Sequence record: NZ_CP027239.1
DNA length: 64,000 bases
Origin: a plasmid
Strand: one strand, 5' to 3'
Positions 26,563-36,572 of this stretch are shown here, one piece after another. Every line of letters starts with the position of its first letter. Position 1 is the stretch's first letter. The position numbers were made by a program, and so were the translations under genes. Under the pieces are notes generated by a model that saw only the letters and a list, made by a program, of their open reading frames with translations, ran no database searches and was not told the DNA's origin.

Positions 26563-28191
26563 ATGAGTCCGAAACCGTGGGAAGTCACTGACGACGACTT
26601 GGCGCAGGGGCTCGGGCCTACCAGTGCCACCAAGGGCGACGAGCTCGACGACCCCGACGGCTACGGCCTGCTCGACAGCGACGACGACTTCGAGGAGTTG
26701 GACGACCCGTGGTCGAGTGACAAGCCAGCCGCGGCGCCGGCGGCGACACCGGCCCGCCCCATCGAGCCGCAATCCGAGTCCCCGAACTTAGCCCCCGCTG
26801 CCACGGAGCCCGAGCCCGCCGCAGAGCCGACGACCGTCGACCACACGGCCCCGGACGAGGATCTGTCCGGCGAGGCTCCTCCGGGGCCCAGCCACGAGCC
26901 TGAGAGCTCGGCGCCGGCTTCGGAGGCGTTCGCCCCAGCACAGCCGGAGCAGGAAACTCCTGCGGTCGACGACGCCGACGACTTCGACGACTTCTGGGAT
27001 GAACCTGTCGCCCCCGACGATCGCGCTCCGGCCACCGCGGGCTACGACTTGAGCGCCTCGCCGGGTGGTGCGGGCGAACCAGCCCCGCGGACAGAGCCCG
27101 CCCCAGGCGTCGGCGGGACCGCGGCAGATCACGATGTCAGCAGCGCCGACCCCGACGATGAGGACCCGGACGGCACGCTCACGGTGACGTTGCGTCGCAA
27201 TCGGGAACCGCAGCAGCCCGGCCCGACCCGGTCGTACCGGACCTCGAGCGAGGCGCGTCGCCCGGTCAAGCCGTCGGAGCGGCGCCACAAGATGGATGTG
27301 GCGCCGGTCAAGCAGGGGCCGATGGCCCGCATGAGGAAGATGCTGACCGGAGACGCCGATGTCTCGCGGGCACATGAGACGTCGGCGAAGCGGGACACGA
27401 TCCGACCGCTGAACGTGGTGGTGCTCGGCAAGAAGGGCGGCGTGGGCAAGACCGTCGTCACCACGCTGCTCGGCCACACTTTCGCGTCTGTGCGTAAGGA
27501 CCGTGTCTTGGCGGTGGATGCCTCTCCGACAGGTGGAAACCTGTCCGCCCGATGCCCGAAAGAGGGGCTGGGCACGGTGGTGTCGCTGCTCGATCAGCTC
27601 GAGTACGTCACGTCCTACGCCAACGTGCGGGAGCACACCGCCAAGGGCGACACCGGGCTGGAGGTGCTGGGAGCCGATGTGACCAGACCTCAGCGGCCGA
27701 TCACCGGCCCGGACTACCGACGGTTGATGGACGAACTGCGCCGCCACTACCAGCTGATTTTGAGCGATACTCCGGGCGACATCACCACTGCCTCCGCGGA
27801 CGGCCCCGACGGGATCGTGCCGGCCTTGCTGGACGAGGCGGATTTGCTGGTGCTGGTCGCGGAGGGTGTCGACGGCGCCAACGCGGCGACCTGGCTGGTG
27901 AATTGGCTCAAGGCCCGCCTTCGGGACACCGATGACCGTCATCTGGAGAAGCTGCTCGATGACCTGATCGTGGTGGTGAGCTCCCGGTCTCCCAGGAGCA
28001 ACGCCAAGCCGGACCGGATGGCGAAGTATTTCAGCGAGGAGATCGCTCGACGGGTGGTACTGCTGCCGTTTGATCCGGTCGTCGAAGGTGGGTTGGAGAT
28101 TGACTACAACCTGATCTCGCCGAAGACGCGAAAGGCGATGCTGGAGCTGGCAGACGCGGTTACTGGTTCGGATGCGTTCACCGGTCGGTGA
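26563..28191 (+). CDS. MinD/ParA-family P-loop ATPase with ~280-aa acidic/Pro-rich disordered N-terminus
   Basis: VVLGKKGGVGKTVVTTLLG Walker A and ...LILSDTPGD in the C-terminal domain. Low-complexity N-terminal region. Confidence 0.8.
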   Translation: MSPKPWEVTDDDLAQGLGPTSATKGDELDDPDGYGLLDSDDDFEELDDPWSSDKPAAAPAATPARPIEPQSESPNLAPAATEPEPAAEPTTVDHTAPDEDLSGEAPPGPSHEPESSAPASEAFAPAQPEQETPAVDDADDFDDFWDEPVAPDDRAPATAGYDLSASPGGAGEPAPRTEPAPGVGGTAADHDVSSADPDDEDPDGTLTVTLRRNREPQQPGPTRSYRTSSEARRPVKPSERRHKMDVAPVKQGPMARMRKMLTGDADVSRAHETSAKRDTIRPLNVVVLGKKGGVGKTVVTTLLGHTFASVRKDRVLAVDASPTGGNLSARCPKEGLGTVVSLLDQLEYVTSYANVREHTAKGDTGLEVLGADVTRPQRPITGPDYRRLMDELRRHYQLILSDTPGDITTASADGPDGIVPALLDEADLLVLVAEGVDGANAATWLVNWLKARLRDTDDRHLEKLLDDLIVVVSSRSPRSNAKPDRMAKYFSEEIARRVVLLPFDPVVEGGLEIDYNLISPKTRKAMLELADAVTGSDAFTGR

Positions 28192-28594
28192 GCGTCACAG
28201 GGCCGAGGTCGGCCCATGGGGTGATGCGCTCGCCGGTTTCGGTGTCTGTGACGGTTTCGGGCCTGCCGGTGCCAGGGCGGGCGAGGAGCCTGTTTGGGTA
28301 CTGGCGGGCGAAGTCGCAGATAGACGGGGCGTAGGCATGGACGGGCTCCGTCGCCGAGCCGGAGGGGCGGGCGACGCCGTACTTGGTGGCCGCGGCAGTG
28401 AGGGACTCGCTCCGAGTGGTGGCGCACACCAGCAACAGCGAGTCGCTGGTGAGCTGGTAATCGGCGCAGGCCTCGCGCAGGGCGCCGGTGGTCGTCACCG
28501 CTCGTACCCATACGGGCAGGCGGGACGGATCTGGAGTAGTGGTCACACCCGCAGCGTAGGAGGCGGGCGTGCGGGTGTGACGTCCCCGGCCCAT
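28178..28594 (-). CDS. hypothetical protein (uncertain)
   Basis: 138-aa minus-strand ORF with acceptable GC3. Sits between the ATPase and recG. Confidence 0.35.
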   Translation of the reverse strand: MGRGRHTRTPASYAAGVTTTPDPSRLPVWVRAVTTTGALREACADYQLTSDSLLLVCATTRSESLTAAATKYGVARPSGSATEPVHAYAPSICDFARQYPNRLLARPGTGRPETVTDTETGERITPWADLGPVTLTDR

Positions 28595-28693
28595 CGGGGA
28601 CTGGACGCTGTTGCTGCGGCAGGTGTCGGAGTCCCCTCATAGGGTCTGACCACTGAGAAGACGATGCGCACAGACGGCAGGGAGGGCAGCGGC

Positions 28694-31141
28694 ATGGCAT
28701 TGACAACTGTGCAGCGGGCCCGCCTGCGGTCGGCCGCCACCGCTCTGGTCAAGTCCGGGGACAGTACGGCCGCACTGCGTGCCGCGACTCGCCCTGACCC
28801 GTGGCCGCAGGGCCTGGCACAAGTGGTGGTGGAGGAACTGTCGTCGCGCCGGCCGAAAATGATGGCCTTAGGCGTGGACGTGGCGCTACTGCCGGTGCCG
28901 GCATCTGCCGAGGAAGCCTCTCCGTGGGCGCTCTCCGGGACGGTGCGGGAGCAAGCCCCGGTTGTCGATTGGTCGGTGCCGGACAAGGTGGAGGTTCGGA
29001 CCGCCGCGGACGTGCTGGCCGATGCCGCTAGCGCGGGCCCACTCGAGTTCGATGCGACCTTGGATGGGCTGCGCGGGGTGCCGATCTCGGACCTGGACGG
29101 GGTGGGGGAGAAGGCCCTGGAGCGACTCACTGGCGCGGGGATCACCTCGGTGTACGACCTGATGATGTGGGTGCCGCTGCGATACGTGGACCGCACCCAG
29201 ATCACCCCGCTGGCGGATCTGCAGCCGGGGATGGAGGCGACGTTCATCGCACGGGTCAAGAGGGTGGACACCAACTGGGAGAAGTCGTACGTCCGGTTGA
29301 CCGTCGGGGACAACGGCGCCGACGTGTCGATCATGTTCTTCCGGGCGATGTGGATGCGGTCGCGCTTCCGCAGTCGTGACCTGGTGATCGTGCAGGGCGA
29401 CATCGGTGACTTCAATGGCCAGCTGTCGATGAGTTCCCCGTTGATGGAGAAGCTCGACGATGCTGGCGCACCGCTGATGGCGATCTACCGGCAGTCGGCG
29501 AAATACGAGGTCAACACGTGGATGCTGCGTCGTGCGGCGACCGATGCGCTGCGCCGCATCCCAGCCCTGGACGATCCGATCCCTGACCGGCTCGTGTCGG
29601 GAAGGGGCCTGCCGGGCCGGCTGGAGGCGCTGCAGGCGGTGCACCTGCCGGACGATAAGCCGTCGGCCGACCGCGGGCGTGACCGTCTGGCCTACGACGA
29701 GCTGCTGCGTCTGCAGTTGGCGCTCGGGGTGCTGCGGCACGCTCAAGCCGCCGAGCCCGGCGTGACCCACGCACCCACCGGCAGGCTGACCCGCCGCTGG
29801 CTCGAGTCGCTGCCGTGGCCGCTGACCGGTGCCCAGTCGCGGGCCCTGGAGCAGGTGCGCGCGGACATGACCTCCGCCCAGCCGATGAACCGGCTCCTGC
29901 AGGGCGACGTCGGCGCCGGCAAGACCATGGTGCTGGCCGGTGCCGCGTTGATGGCTGTCGAGGGCGGCTACCAGGCGGCACTGCTGGCCCCGACGGAGAT
30001 CCTGGCCCGCCAGCACCATGAGGAGCTGGCCGAGGCGCTGGGCCCGCTGGGGCTGCGCGTGGACCTGTTGGTGAGCAAGAACCTGCCGCGGCCCCGCAAG
30101 GAGGTGCTGGCCGGCGTGGCCGACGGCGCAGTCGACATCGTCGTCGGCACCCATGCCCTGCTGACCGACAAGGTCGTCTTCCACCGGCTCGGTGTGGCGT
30201 TGATCGACGAGCAGCATCGGTTCGGGGTGGACCAGCGGGCCCTGCTCGCCGCGAAAGGCCCGGACGGGGCGGCGCCGGACATCCTGCAGGCCACAGCCAC
30301 GCCGATTCCTCGCACCGCGGCGATCACGACCTACGGCGATCTGGCGTTGTCGATCCTGGACGAGAAACCTCCGGGCCGGTCGCCGATCGACACCCGCTGG
30401 GTGGAGCACCAGGTCAGCACCGCCAACCGGGCGGCCGGGCCATGGCAGGCGATCCGCGAGCAGGTCGCCGCGGGCCATCAGGCGTTCGTGGTGTGCCCGC
30501 GGGTGGTGGTCTCCGGCAAGGAGTCGGAGACCAAGCAGGCCGCCGCGGCGCAGGAAACCGCAGACGAGCTCCGGGACGGCGCGCTGGCCGGGCTGCGCAT
30601 CGGGCTGGCGACGGGCAAGCAGCACCCGGATGAGCGGGCTGCGCAGATGGCCGCGTTCAAGGCCGGTGAGCTCGACGTGCTGGTCGCTACCACGGTCATC
30701 GAGGTCGGGGTGTCGGTGCCGAACGCGACGGTGATCGTGATCCTCGACGCCGGTAACTTCGGCTTGGCGCAGCTGCATCAGCTGCGAGGCAGAGTGGGTC
30801 GCGGTAAGCATCCCGGGCAGTGCTGGCTGGTCGCCGAGACCAAGGGCGCCGACGGTGCGGCCCGCATGGAGGCGATGGTCGAGACCGACGACGGGTTCGT
30901 GCTGTCGGAGAAAGACCTGGAGATCCGCGGGCCCGGGGCGATGACCGGCACCGCGCAAGCCGGCCGCGATGCCGGGCTGCGGGTAGCGGACTTGCTGCGT
31001 GATGGGCGTATCCACCTGGCGGCCCGCGCGGACGCCCAGTCGATCCTGCAGAGCGACCCGAAGCTGATGCGGCACCGCACCCTCAAGACCGAGGTGGAGC
31101 TGGCGCTGGGGGAGGACGCCCACTACCTGACCAAGAGCTAG
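28694..31141 (+). CDS. recG: RecG-family ATP-dependent DNA helicase
   Basis: Helicase motifs GDVGAGKT, DEQHRFG, ATPIPRT and QLRGRVGRG. C-terminal EIRGPG...GTAQAG. N-terminal HhH/wedge region. GGGAGGG RBS before ATG 28694. Confidence 0.9.
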   Translation: MALTTVQRARLRSAATALVKSGDSTAALRAATRPDPWPQGLAQVVVEELSSRRPKMMALGVDVALLPVPASAEEASPWALSGTVREQAPVVDWSVPDKVEVRTAADVLADAASAGPLEFDATLDGLRGVPISDLDGVGEKALERLTGAGITSVYDLMMWVPLRYVDRTQITPLADLQPGMEATFIARVKRVDTNWEKSYVRLTVGDNGADVSIMFFRAMWMRSRFRSRDLVIVQGDIGDFNGQLSMSSPLMEKLDDAGAPLMAIYRQSAKYEVNTWMLRRAATDALRRIPALDDPIPDRLVSGRGLPGRLEALQAVHLPDDKPSADRGRDRLAYDELLRLQLALGVLRHAQAAEPGVTHAPTGRLTRRWLESLPWPLTGAQSRALEQVRADMTSAQPMNRLLQGDVGAGKTMVLAGAALMAVEGGYQAALLAPTEILARQHHEELAEALGPLGLRVDLLVSKNLPRPRKEVLAGVADGAVDIVVGTHALLTDKVVFHRLGVALIDEQHRFGVDQRALLAAKGPDGAAPDILQATATPIPRTAAITTYGDLALSILDEKPPGRSPIDTRWVEHQVSTANRAAGPWQAIREQVAAGHQAFVVCPRVVVSGKESETKQAAAAQETADELRDGALAGLRIGLATGKQHPDERAAQMAAFKAGELDVLVATTVIEVGVSVPNATVIVILDAGNFGLAQLHQLRGRVGRGKHPGQCWLVAETKGADGAARMEAMVETDDGFVLSEKDLEIRGPGAMTGTAQAGRDAGLRVADLLRDGRIHLAARADAQSILQSDPKLMRHRTLKTEVELALGEDAHYLTKS

Positions 31142-31245
31142 CCGGCGGGCCGCATACCAGGCGGTCGCCCAAATCGCGTGGGTGCTGCACCTGTCGTAGG
31201 CGTGTTGGACGATCGCGGCACGCCCACCAACGAGGAGGAGCAACC

Positions 31246-31500
31246 ATGGACCTCGATAACTACCGCGACCCGTTCGGCCGCATCAACGTGCCGATGGTGC
31301 GAGCACTCAGCCGCGCGGGAACCCGCCTGGTGATCGTTGGAATTGCCCTGCTTCTGGTGGCAGCGATCGTTGGAGCGGTGGCCGGCGACGCGCTCGACTG
31401 GAAGGGCAAGCTCCTCGTCTTCGCGCCGGGGTTCTTGGCGACGGTGGCAGGGGTGGCGTGCAGGTTCGCAGCGCAATCTCGCCTGACCGACCTGCGGTAG
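31246..31500 (+). CDS. small membrane protein
   Basis: GAGGAGGAG RBS. TM helices. TGCTGCACC 60 nt upstream. Confidence 0.6.
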   Translation: MDLDNYRDPFGRINVPMVRALSRAGTRLVIVGIALLLVAAIVGAVAGDALDWKGKLLVFAPGFLATVAGVACRFAAQSRLTDLR

Positions 31501-31604
31501 GCGAGTAGGGCTCACCGTCACGCGCGGTTGGTGAACGCCATAAACTGGCAACTGCTGGCGTCGCGGACGCCGGTTCCCCACACTGCGCCGTAGATCGGAA
31601 GTCG

Positions 31605-32105
31605 ATGCCGACCAACCCACATCCCCTGTCCCGGGCCAGGGCAGCGGCGGCTTGCGCCGGCGCCGCGGCGCTCCTGCTGCTCACCGGATGCGGGCAGTCG
31701 TCCGCCCCGGCGGCGGATGTCGACTCGACGACCAGTACCTCTGCCATCACCTCGACAGCAACGCCGAGCAGCACCACCGAGGCCACGAGCTCGAGCACGA
31801 CCGTCACCGAGACGGAGAACGTCGTGGCTGAGGTCCCGCCGGCCGTCACCTACGCTCCGGGGCCTCCCTCGTACGCGGCCCCGACGCCGGCAGGGGTGAC
31901 CTGCGGTGACGGGAGCTTCGCCGCGGATTACTCGCAGTGCTACGACAACTACCCGTACCTCGGGGCGCGGCAAGCCCCGCCCCCGCCAGGGATGTTCCCC
32001 GCTGAGATGACCCCGCTCGATGCCGCCGACGCCGGTGTCACGCTCGGCCCGTACTGCGGGCCGGTGGCCCTGGCCAACGGTTGCGTCGAGCCCGGCGGCC
32101 AGTAG
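31605..32105 (+). CDS. lipoprotein (LLTGC lipobox), Ser/Thr-rich linker
   Basis: MPTNPHPLSRARAAAACAGAAALLLLTGCGQSS... Confidence 0.65.
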   Translation: MPTNPHPLSRARAAAACAGAAALLLLTGCGQSSAPAADVDSTTSTSAITSTATPSSTTEATSSSTTVTETENVVAEVPPAVTYAPGPPSYAAPTPAGVTCGDGSFAADYSQCYDNYPYLGARQAPPPPGMFPAEMTPLDAADAGVTLGPYCGPVALANGCVEPGGQ

Positions 32106-32183
32106 CCCCACAGGCATGCCGCGGGAAGCGTCGACGCCCGTCGGCCTTCGGGCCCGGCCCCCGCTGCTGGCTACGATCTGACG

Positions 32184-33254
32184 ATGCACGCTGACGGCCA
32201 CTTCACTCAGGTCAAAGTCCGCGCCGGAGACACTTCCGATGGTGCGGAGCGCCTGGTTTGGACCTCGGACATGCTCTCAGTCGAGGAGATGACCCCCACG
32301 GTTCGTGACGACGGCGGGATGACGATCGTCGCTGGGGAGTTCCACGGCCACGCCGCCCAGGTTGGGACGTGGGTCGGGCCCGACGGGCTGCAGCTTGACG
32401 AGGCAGATCCCGCCCCGCCCGAGTCAGCTGATTCCGGGCCCGTGCGTTACGTCGTGTGCCGAACCCTGCGTTACGGCAACGAGCACCAGGAGCTGGTGAA
32501 CGTCGGCGCCGGGGCCGTCGAACTCTCCGACCACGAGGTGGAGCACTTGTGTCGGGCGCTGCTGTCCGATCTGTTGTGCGGTGCCGATGGGGATGCCGCG
32601 GCGGCTGCCAGGTTCGCGGGCCAGGCGCCTACCTACCGCACGATCGTCTGCCGATTCCCTGCCGAGCACGAGGGGGTCCGTCACGGCACGTTCCTCTTGG
32701 TGCTGACCGAGGGGCTGCGTCAGATCCGGGTGGTCGGCCAATGCCAGACCTACCGTCAGGCGCACACCTACGACGCATCTGCGCTGGTGGCTGCCGATGT
32801 GGACGACATCTGGTTCACCGATGACAGCGAGATGATCGTCAGGCGGGTAGCGCTGAAACTGATGCGCGGCGTCCCGGCCCTCTACTCGATCTCGGTTCAG
32901 CACGCCGGCTACCGGGGCGCCTACGAGGTCAACACCCGGCAGGAGGATCCCGACCTCGAGCTGACCGCCTCTGAGCGCTTCATCGCCCGCATGCTGGCTC
33001 GCCTGGTCGATAGACGGCGCGGCGCCGAAGCCGACCAGGCCTGGGCCAGTGCCGGACCCGTCGTGTGGCCGAACCTGACGCTGATGGTCGACGAAGCCAA
33101 CGCAGCGTGGCGCGAAGAAGAGGACCTGTGCTCTGAACTGGCCGAGCACGGCCTTCTCCAGGATCCTTACGCGTTCGACTCTCCCGACGACAGTTGGATC
33201 TTCCGCGAGGGACTGCGCTACAGCGACCTGATCCACTCCACTGTCCTGTGGTGA
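32184..33254 (+). CDS. hypothetical protein; 3-prime end lies in direct repeat copy 1
   Basis: 356-aa ORF. Last 32 codons are duplicated at 34825..34927. Confidence 0.65.
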   Translation: MHADGHFTQVKVRAGDTSDGAERLVWTSDMLSVEEMTPTVRDDGGMTIVAGEFHGHAAQVGTWVGPDGLQLDEADPAPPESADSGPVRYVVCRTLRYGNEHQELVNVGAGAVELSDHEVEHLCRALLSDLLCGADGDAAAAARFAGQAPTYRTIVCRFPAEHEGVRHGTFLLVLTEGLRQIRVVGQCQTYRQAHTYDASALVAADVDDIWFTDDSEMIVRRVALKLMRGVPALYSISVQHAGYRGAYEVNTRQEDPDLELTASERFIARMLARLVDRRRGAEADQAWASAGPVVWPNLTLMVDEANAAWREEEDLCSELAEHGLLQDPYAFDSPDDSWIFREGLRYSDLIHSTVLW

Positions 33255-33257
33255 GCG
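33155..33257 (+). repeat. 103-bp direct repeat, copy 1 (3 mismatches vs copy 2)
   Basis: tctccaggatccttacgcgttcgactctcccgacgacag...ctgtggtgagcg. Confidence 0.85.
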
Positions 33258-33422
33258 CCAACCCGGTTCGTCCTGCAGGGGCGCCTCTCGCGGGCGGCGG
33301 CGTCTGGGCCGCGGACCAGTAGCAAACGTCCGCAGGCCATTGCTGGCTGTGCGCGGCCAGGCGACTCTGAGGACACTGCGGTAAGCACGGAGCCGGGGCG
33401 TTACTGCCGACTTCGACAGCGT

Positions 33423-34598
33423 CTACTGCGGTGCGTCCAGCTCGGGCATGGCGGTCGCCCATCGGGCCAGATCATCGGCGGTGGCGGTCAATGCAGTCAG
33501 TTCGGCCCGCAGAACCTCGGCTACTCCGCTGGCGTTGGCTGTCAATGAAGTGAGGTGCTCGGCGGCGAGTTCATTTCCGGGCATGCCCCCGACCACCTGG
33601 GCTGCCAGATCATCGGCTTCCGTTGACCGCAGACGGTTGAGCTCGTCCAAGCGCTCACCGATGTCGCTAACAGCCATGTGCAACGCCACCAGGGACACGA
33701 CTCGCTCACGCAGCGAGGCCACGCCGGCGTCGTAGATGTTCTGACGCCCTTCCCACACGGCTACCGCCTCGTCGCCAAGCAGAGAGGGTCGTTCTCCATT
33801 GGATTGGCGCAGTCGCGCGAGGGATGAGACGAACTTGCCGACCTGGATAGCTTCTTCTCTGAGATTGATCTGGGCGCGTGGCCCGGCCAGGGTTTCTGAC
33901 CTCCAGGCAGGGGAGTTCTGCAGCGCCCCGGTTGCCTTAAAAGCAACGTCGAGCAGGAATTGTTCGTCGCTGGTGAGGTGTTCTGGCGCGCGCTGTGGGG
34001 ACGAGTCGAAGGTACCGCGGAGGCCTCTTCTGGCGCTGGCCCGCCAGTGAACGGCCAGCTTTAACGTGCTCGCGGCGACGATCAGCAGAACGACGGTGGT
34101 GATCATGGTGACGAGAACTGCGGTTGTCACCCCGGCAACCATGGCGATCGCGGTGAGTCCTGAGACGCTGATGCCGCCAGCAAGGAGCAGCGTGGGGAGT
34201 GGCTCCAAGGAGATTGAGGCTATCGGAGGCGAGGTGTAAAGCTCGGCGGGCCTTAGAGTGGGCTTCGCGGACTTCCGTGCCGGCGCGTACTCGTAGGGGA
34301 CGGGGTCGCTCGCGTGGTATCCGCGTTCTTGGAGGTCGAAGGCGACGGGCAATCCCTGTCGCACTGCTTCATCGAAGCGCTTCTTGTCGGCATTGTTGGC
34401 TGGCAGGTAGAGGTCGCCGACAGTGCGTCCCTTGGCCATCTCCACGACTACTTGCGGATCGTGGGAGGTGGTGAACATGGCGAGGTGCTTACGGGCTCTC
34501 GCTGTGAGGGACTCCCGGAGTTGGGCAGGCGCGGCGTGCTGGAGGGCTTTATCAGCAGCTGTGGAGGCGACGCTGTCTGGTTCCTGACGGGTCATAGT
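33423..34598 (-). CDS. hypothetical membrane protein (two central TM helices), cassette cargo
   Basis: Start MTRQEPDSVAS with GGAAGG RBS. Locally lower GC. Lies between the 103-bp direct repeats. Confidence 0.6.
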   Translation of the reverse strand, partial: TMTRQEPDSVASTAADKALQHAAPAQLRESLTARARKHLAMFTTSHDPQVVVEMAKGRTVGDLYLPANNADKKRFDEAVRQGLPVAFDLQERGYHASDPVPYEYAPARKSAKPTLRPAELYTSPPIASISLEPLPTLLLAGGISVSGLTAIAMVAGVTTAVLVTMITTVVLLIVAASTLKLAVHWRASARRGLRGTFDSSPQRAPEHLTSDEQFLLDVAFKATGALQNSPAWRSETLAGPRAQINLREEAIQVGKFVSSLARLRQSNGERPSLLGDEAVAVWEGRQNIYDAGVASLRERVVSLVALHMAVSDIGERLDELNRLRSTEADDLAAQVVGGMPGNELAAEHLTSLTANASGVAEVLRAELTALTATADDLARWATAMPELDAPQ

Positions 34599-34824
34599 GA
34601 ACCTTCCGGGAAAGTCGCCGAGGCATACCGCTCGGGCGTTTGTCTGGGCTGGTTGGAGAGGTAACCGTATCGGCGGTCCTTGCCGGCTGTGGTGCCGCGA
34701 AGAAAGCAATCAGGCCCGGCCGCTCAGCGATGCTGCACTCTGTCGGGTCGATTGCAGTGTTGAGCCATCAAGCCCACGCCATCCGGTCGTGGGGGTACGT
34801 CAAAGGAGTTACCCATGGAGCCGA

Positions 34825-34927
34825 TCTCCAGGATCCTTACGCGTTCGACTCTCCCGACGACAGCTGGATCTTCCGCGAGGGACTGCGCTACAGCGACCTG
34901 ATCCACTCGACTGTGCTGTGGTGAGCG
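34825..34927 (+). repeat. 103-bp direct repeat, copy 2
   Basis: Matches 33155..33257. Forms the 3-prime end of an otherwise dubious ORF 34640..34924. Confidence 0.85.
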
Positions 34928-35011
34928 GCGGGCGAGATTTCACCTGGGACGGCACGACTGGCGAAGACAATGGATTCTCGGATTCTCGTCTACTGAGGAA
35001 GCCCTTCGCCC

Positions 35012-35443
35012 ATGAACGATCCCGTGATTTTGCTCGACATCGACGGCACCTGCTCGCCGATGTGCGCCTCGAATCTTCTTCCCGGGCGGTGGGAGCCCTG
35101 GGTGCGCGGCCAGTTCGGATGGAACAAAGGCTGGACGTCCGCGGCGATGGCCACCGCTCTACAGTCGCTGGCCCAGATTGCGGACGTACGGTGGTGCACC
35201 GGATGGGAGGCCGAGTCCGCGGCTTACGGCGCCGCCCTGGGCCTGGACTCACCGTGGATTCCCCTCGGCGCCGGCTGCTCAGAACGCATGTGGAAGCTGT
35301 CCGCAGTTGATGCAGCGCTGCCCGATCGCCCGGTGTGGTGGATCGACGACGAGCACGACGATTCCAGCACTCAGTGGGCGGAGACGCGGACGGCTCGTGG
35401 GGTCCCCACGACTGTAGTGGCGTGCGCCCGAACGTCGGTCTGA
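35012..35443 (+). CDS. HAD-superfamily-like hydrolase (DxDGT motif)
   Basis: [10 protein letters not shown] motif I. Later WWIDDE. Confidence 0.55.
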   Translation: MNDPVILLDIDGTCSPMCASNLLPGRWEPWVRGQFGWNKGWTSAAMATALQSLAQIADVRWCTGWEAESAAYGAALGLDSPWIPLGAGCSERMWKLSAVDAALPDRPVWWIDDEHDDSSTQWAETRTARGVPTTVVACARTSV

Positions 35444-35584
35444 CCTCGTACGACGTGCAGGCCGCCGCCCGCTGGGTTGGTGGGGTCGCGAGGCGGTGAG
35501 TGAGTGGCTTGCAGACTGCTGCACCGCGCCGGCTGCAGCGGAGAGTGAGTGCAGCCCGTTCACCCACCCCTCAGGAGGCTCACC

Positions 35585-35959
35585 ATGACCGCACACCGTG
35601 GAGTGCTCGTCGAACCCGACGGCACCGTCAGCATTGAGACCTTCGACTCCGTAGATCTGGAGGCGCTCAGGACAACGGTCGGCGCACGCTACGTCGATGT
35701 CGTCCGGGTCGCGAGCATGGGCGGTGCCGATGATCTGACTCTGGACGCCTGGGTGGATGACGAGGGGCTGTTCACCGCCGAGTTCAACCCGGTCGCCAGT
35801 TTCATGGTCGCCAGCCTGCTGGGGGCGACCTGCCAGCGCTTTCACGGCAAGATGCTGTTCGTGGCCGGAAACACGACCACCGGTGACAGCGTGGGCCTGC
35901 CGGCGGTCACCGAGAAGGCACTTGTCGACTTGGGGGAGTACCTGGCCAAGTCGCTGTGA
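35585..35959 (+). CDS. DUF3846-like protein (paralog 1 of 3)
   Basis: LTLDAWVDDEGLFTAEFNPVAS...FHGKMLFVAG. Similar to the genes at 56534 and complement(62276..62749). Confidence 0.6.
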   Translation: MTAHRGVLVEPDGTVSIETFDSVDLEALRTTVGARYVDVVRVASMGGADDLTLDAWVDDEGLFTAEFNPVASFMVASLLGATCQRFHGKMLFVAGNTTTGDSVGLPAVTEKALVDLGEYLAKSL

Positions 35960-36158
35960 TCGCGCGGGCAGGGCCCGCTCGAGTGCAGACGGGGCGGGCT
36001 CTGCCCGCTGCCTGGGCACGCGGGCGCACTGTCCGTGATTAGCCCCAGGCCGGCGTCCTGCCGCTGGTCTCGGGCGTGCTGCACCGACACGGGCAGGGGA
36101 GAGGGTGGAGCCCGACCGGCCCGCCGCCCTTGGGCCATCTGAGACGAGGAGGAAGACC

Positions 36159-36419
36159 ATGACTGACGCCGCCCGCACGATCACCTTCGCCAGCGGAAAC
36201 CTGCCGGGAAACCCGCACAGCAGCAGCGCCCACGAGTTCGCCGAGTCGGCTGAGGTGCTGGCCCTCGTCCACGAGCAGCGCACCGCGAACCTCATCGCCC
36301 TGCTCAACACTCCTGATGTGCCCACCAGTGACCGCTCGGCCCTGCTGGACGCTGTCTACAAGAACCTGGGCATCGAGGTCACGAAGCCCGGCGATGGGGG
36401 AGCGGCTCTCAACCTGTGA
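36159..36419 (+). CDS. hypothetical protein
   Basis: GAGGAGGAAG RBS. TGCTGCACC 75 nt upstream. Confidence 0.55.
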   Translation: MTDAARTITFASGNLPGNPHSSSAHEFAESAEVLALVHEQRTANLIALLNTPDVPTSDRSALLDAVYKNLGIEVTKPGDGGAALNL

Positions 36420-36572
36420 CCTGACACGGCCCCGCCCGACCAACGGGCGGGGCCGTCCCGCATCCGACGCCAGCGGTGGAGATGGTCGGACAGAAAGCCC
36501 CCGAAAGCACGTAAGTTCTGGCTGCGGCCTGCACCTCGGGCGCAGTGGACCTCGGCGAAGGAGACAACGGCA

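Noticed and set aside
34640-34924. 94-aa ORF ending in direct-repeat copy 2
   Set aside because: Only its last 32 codons are meaningful, being the duplicated 3-prime end of gene 32184. The N-terminal part has no RBS and odd composition. Interpreted as a by-product of the cassette insertion.
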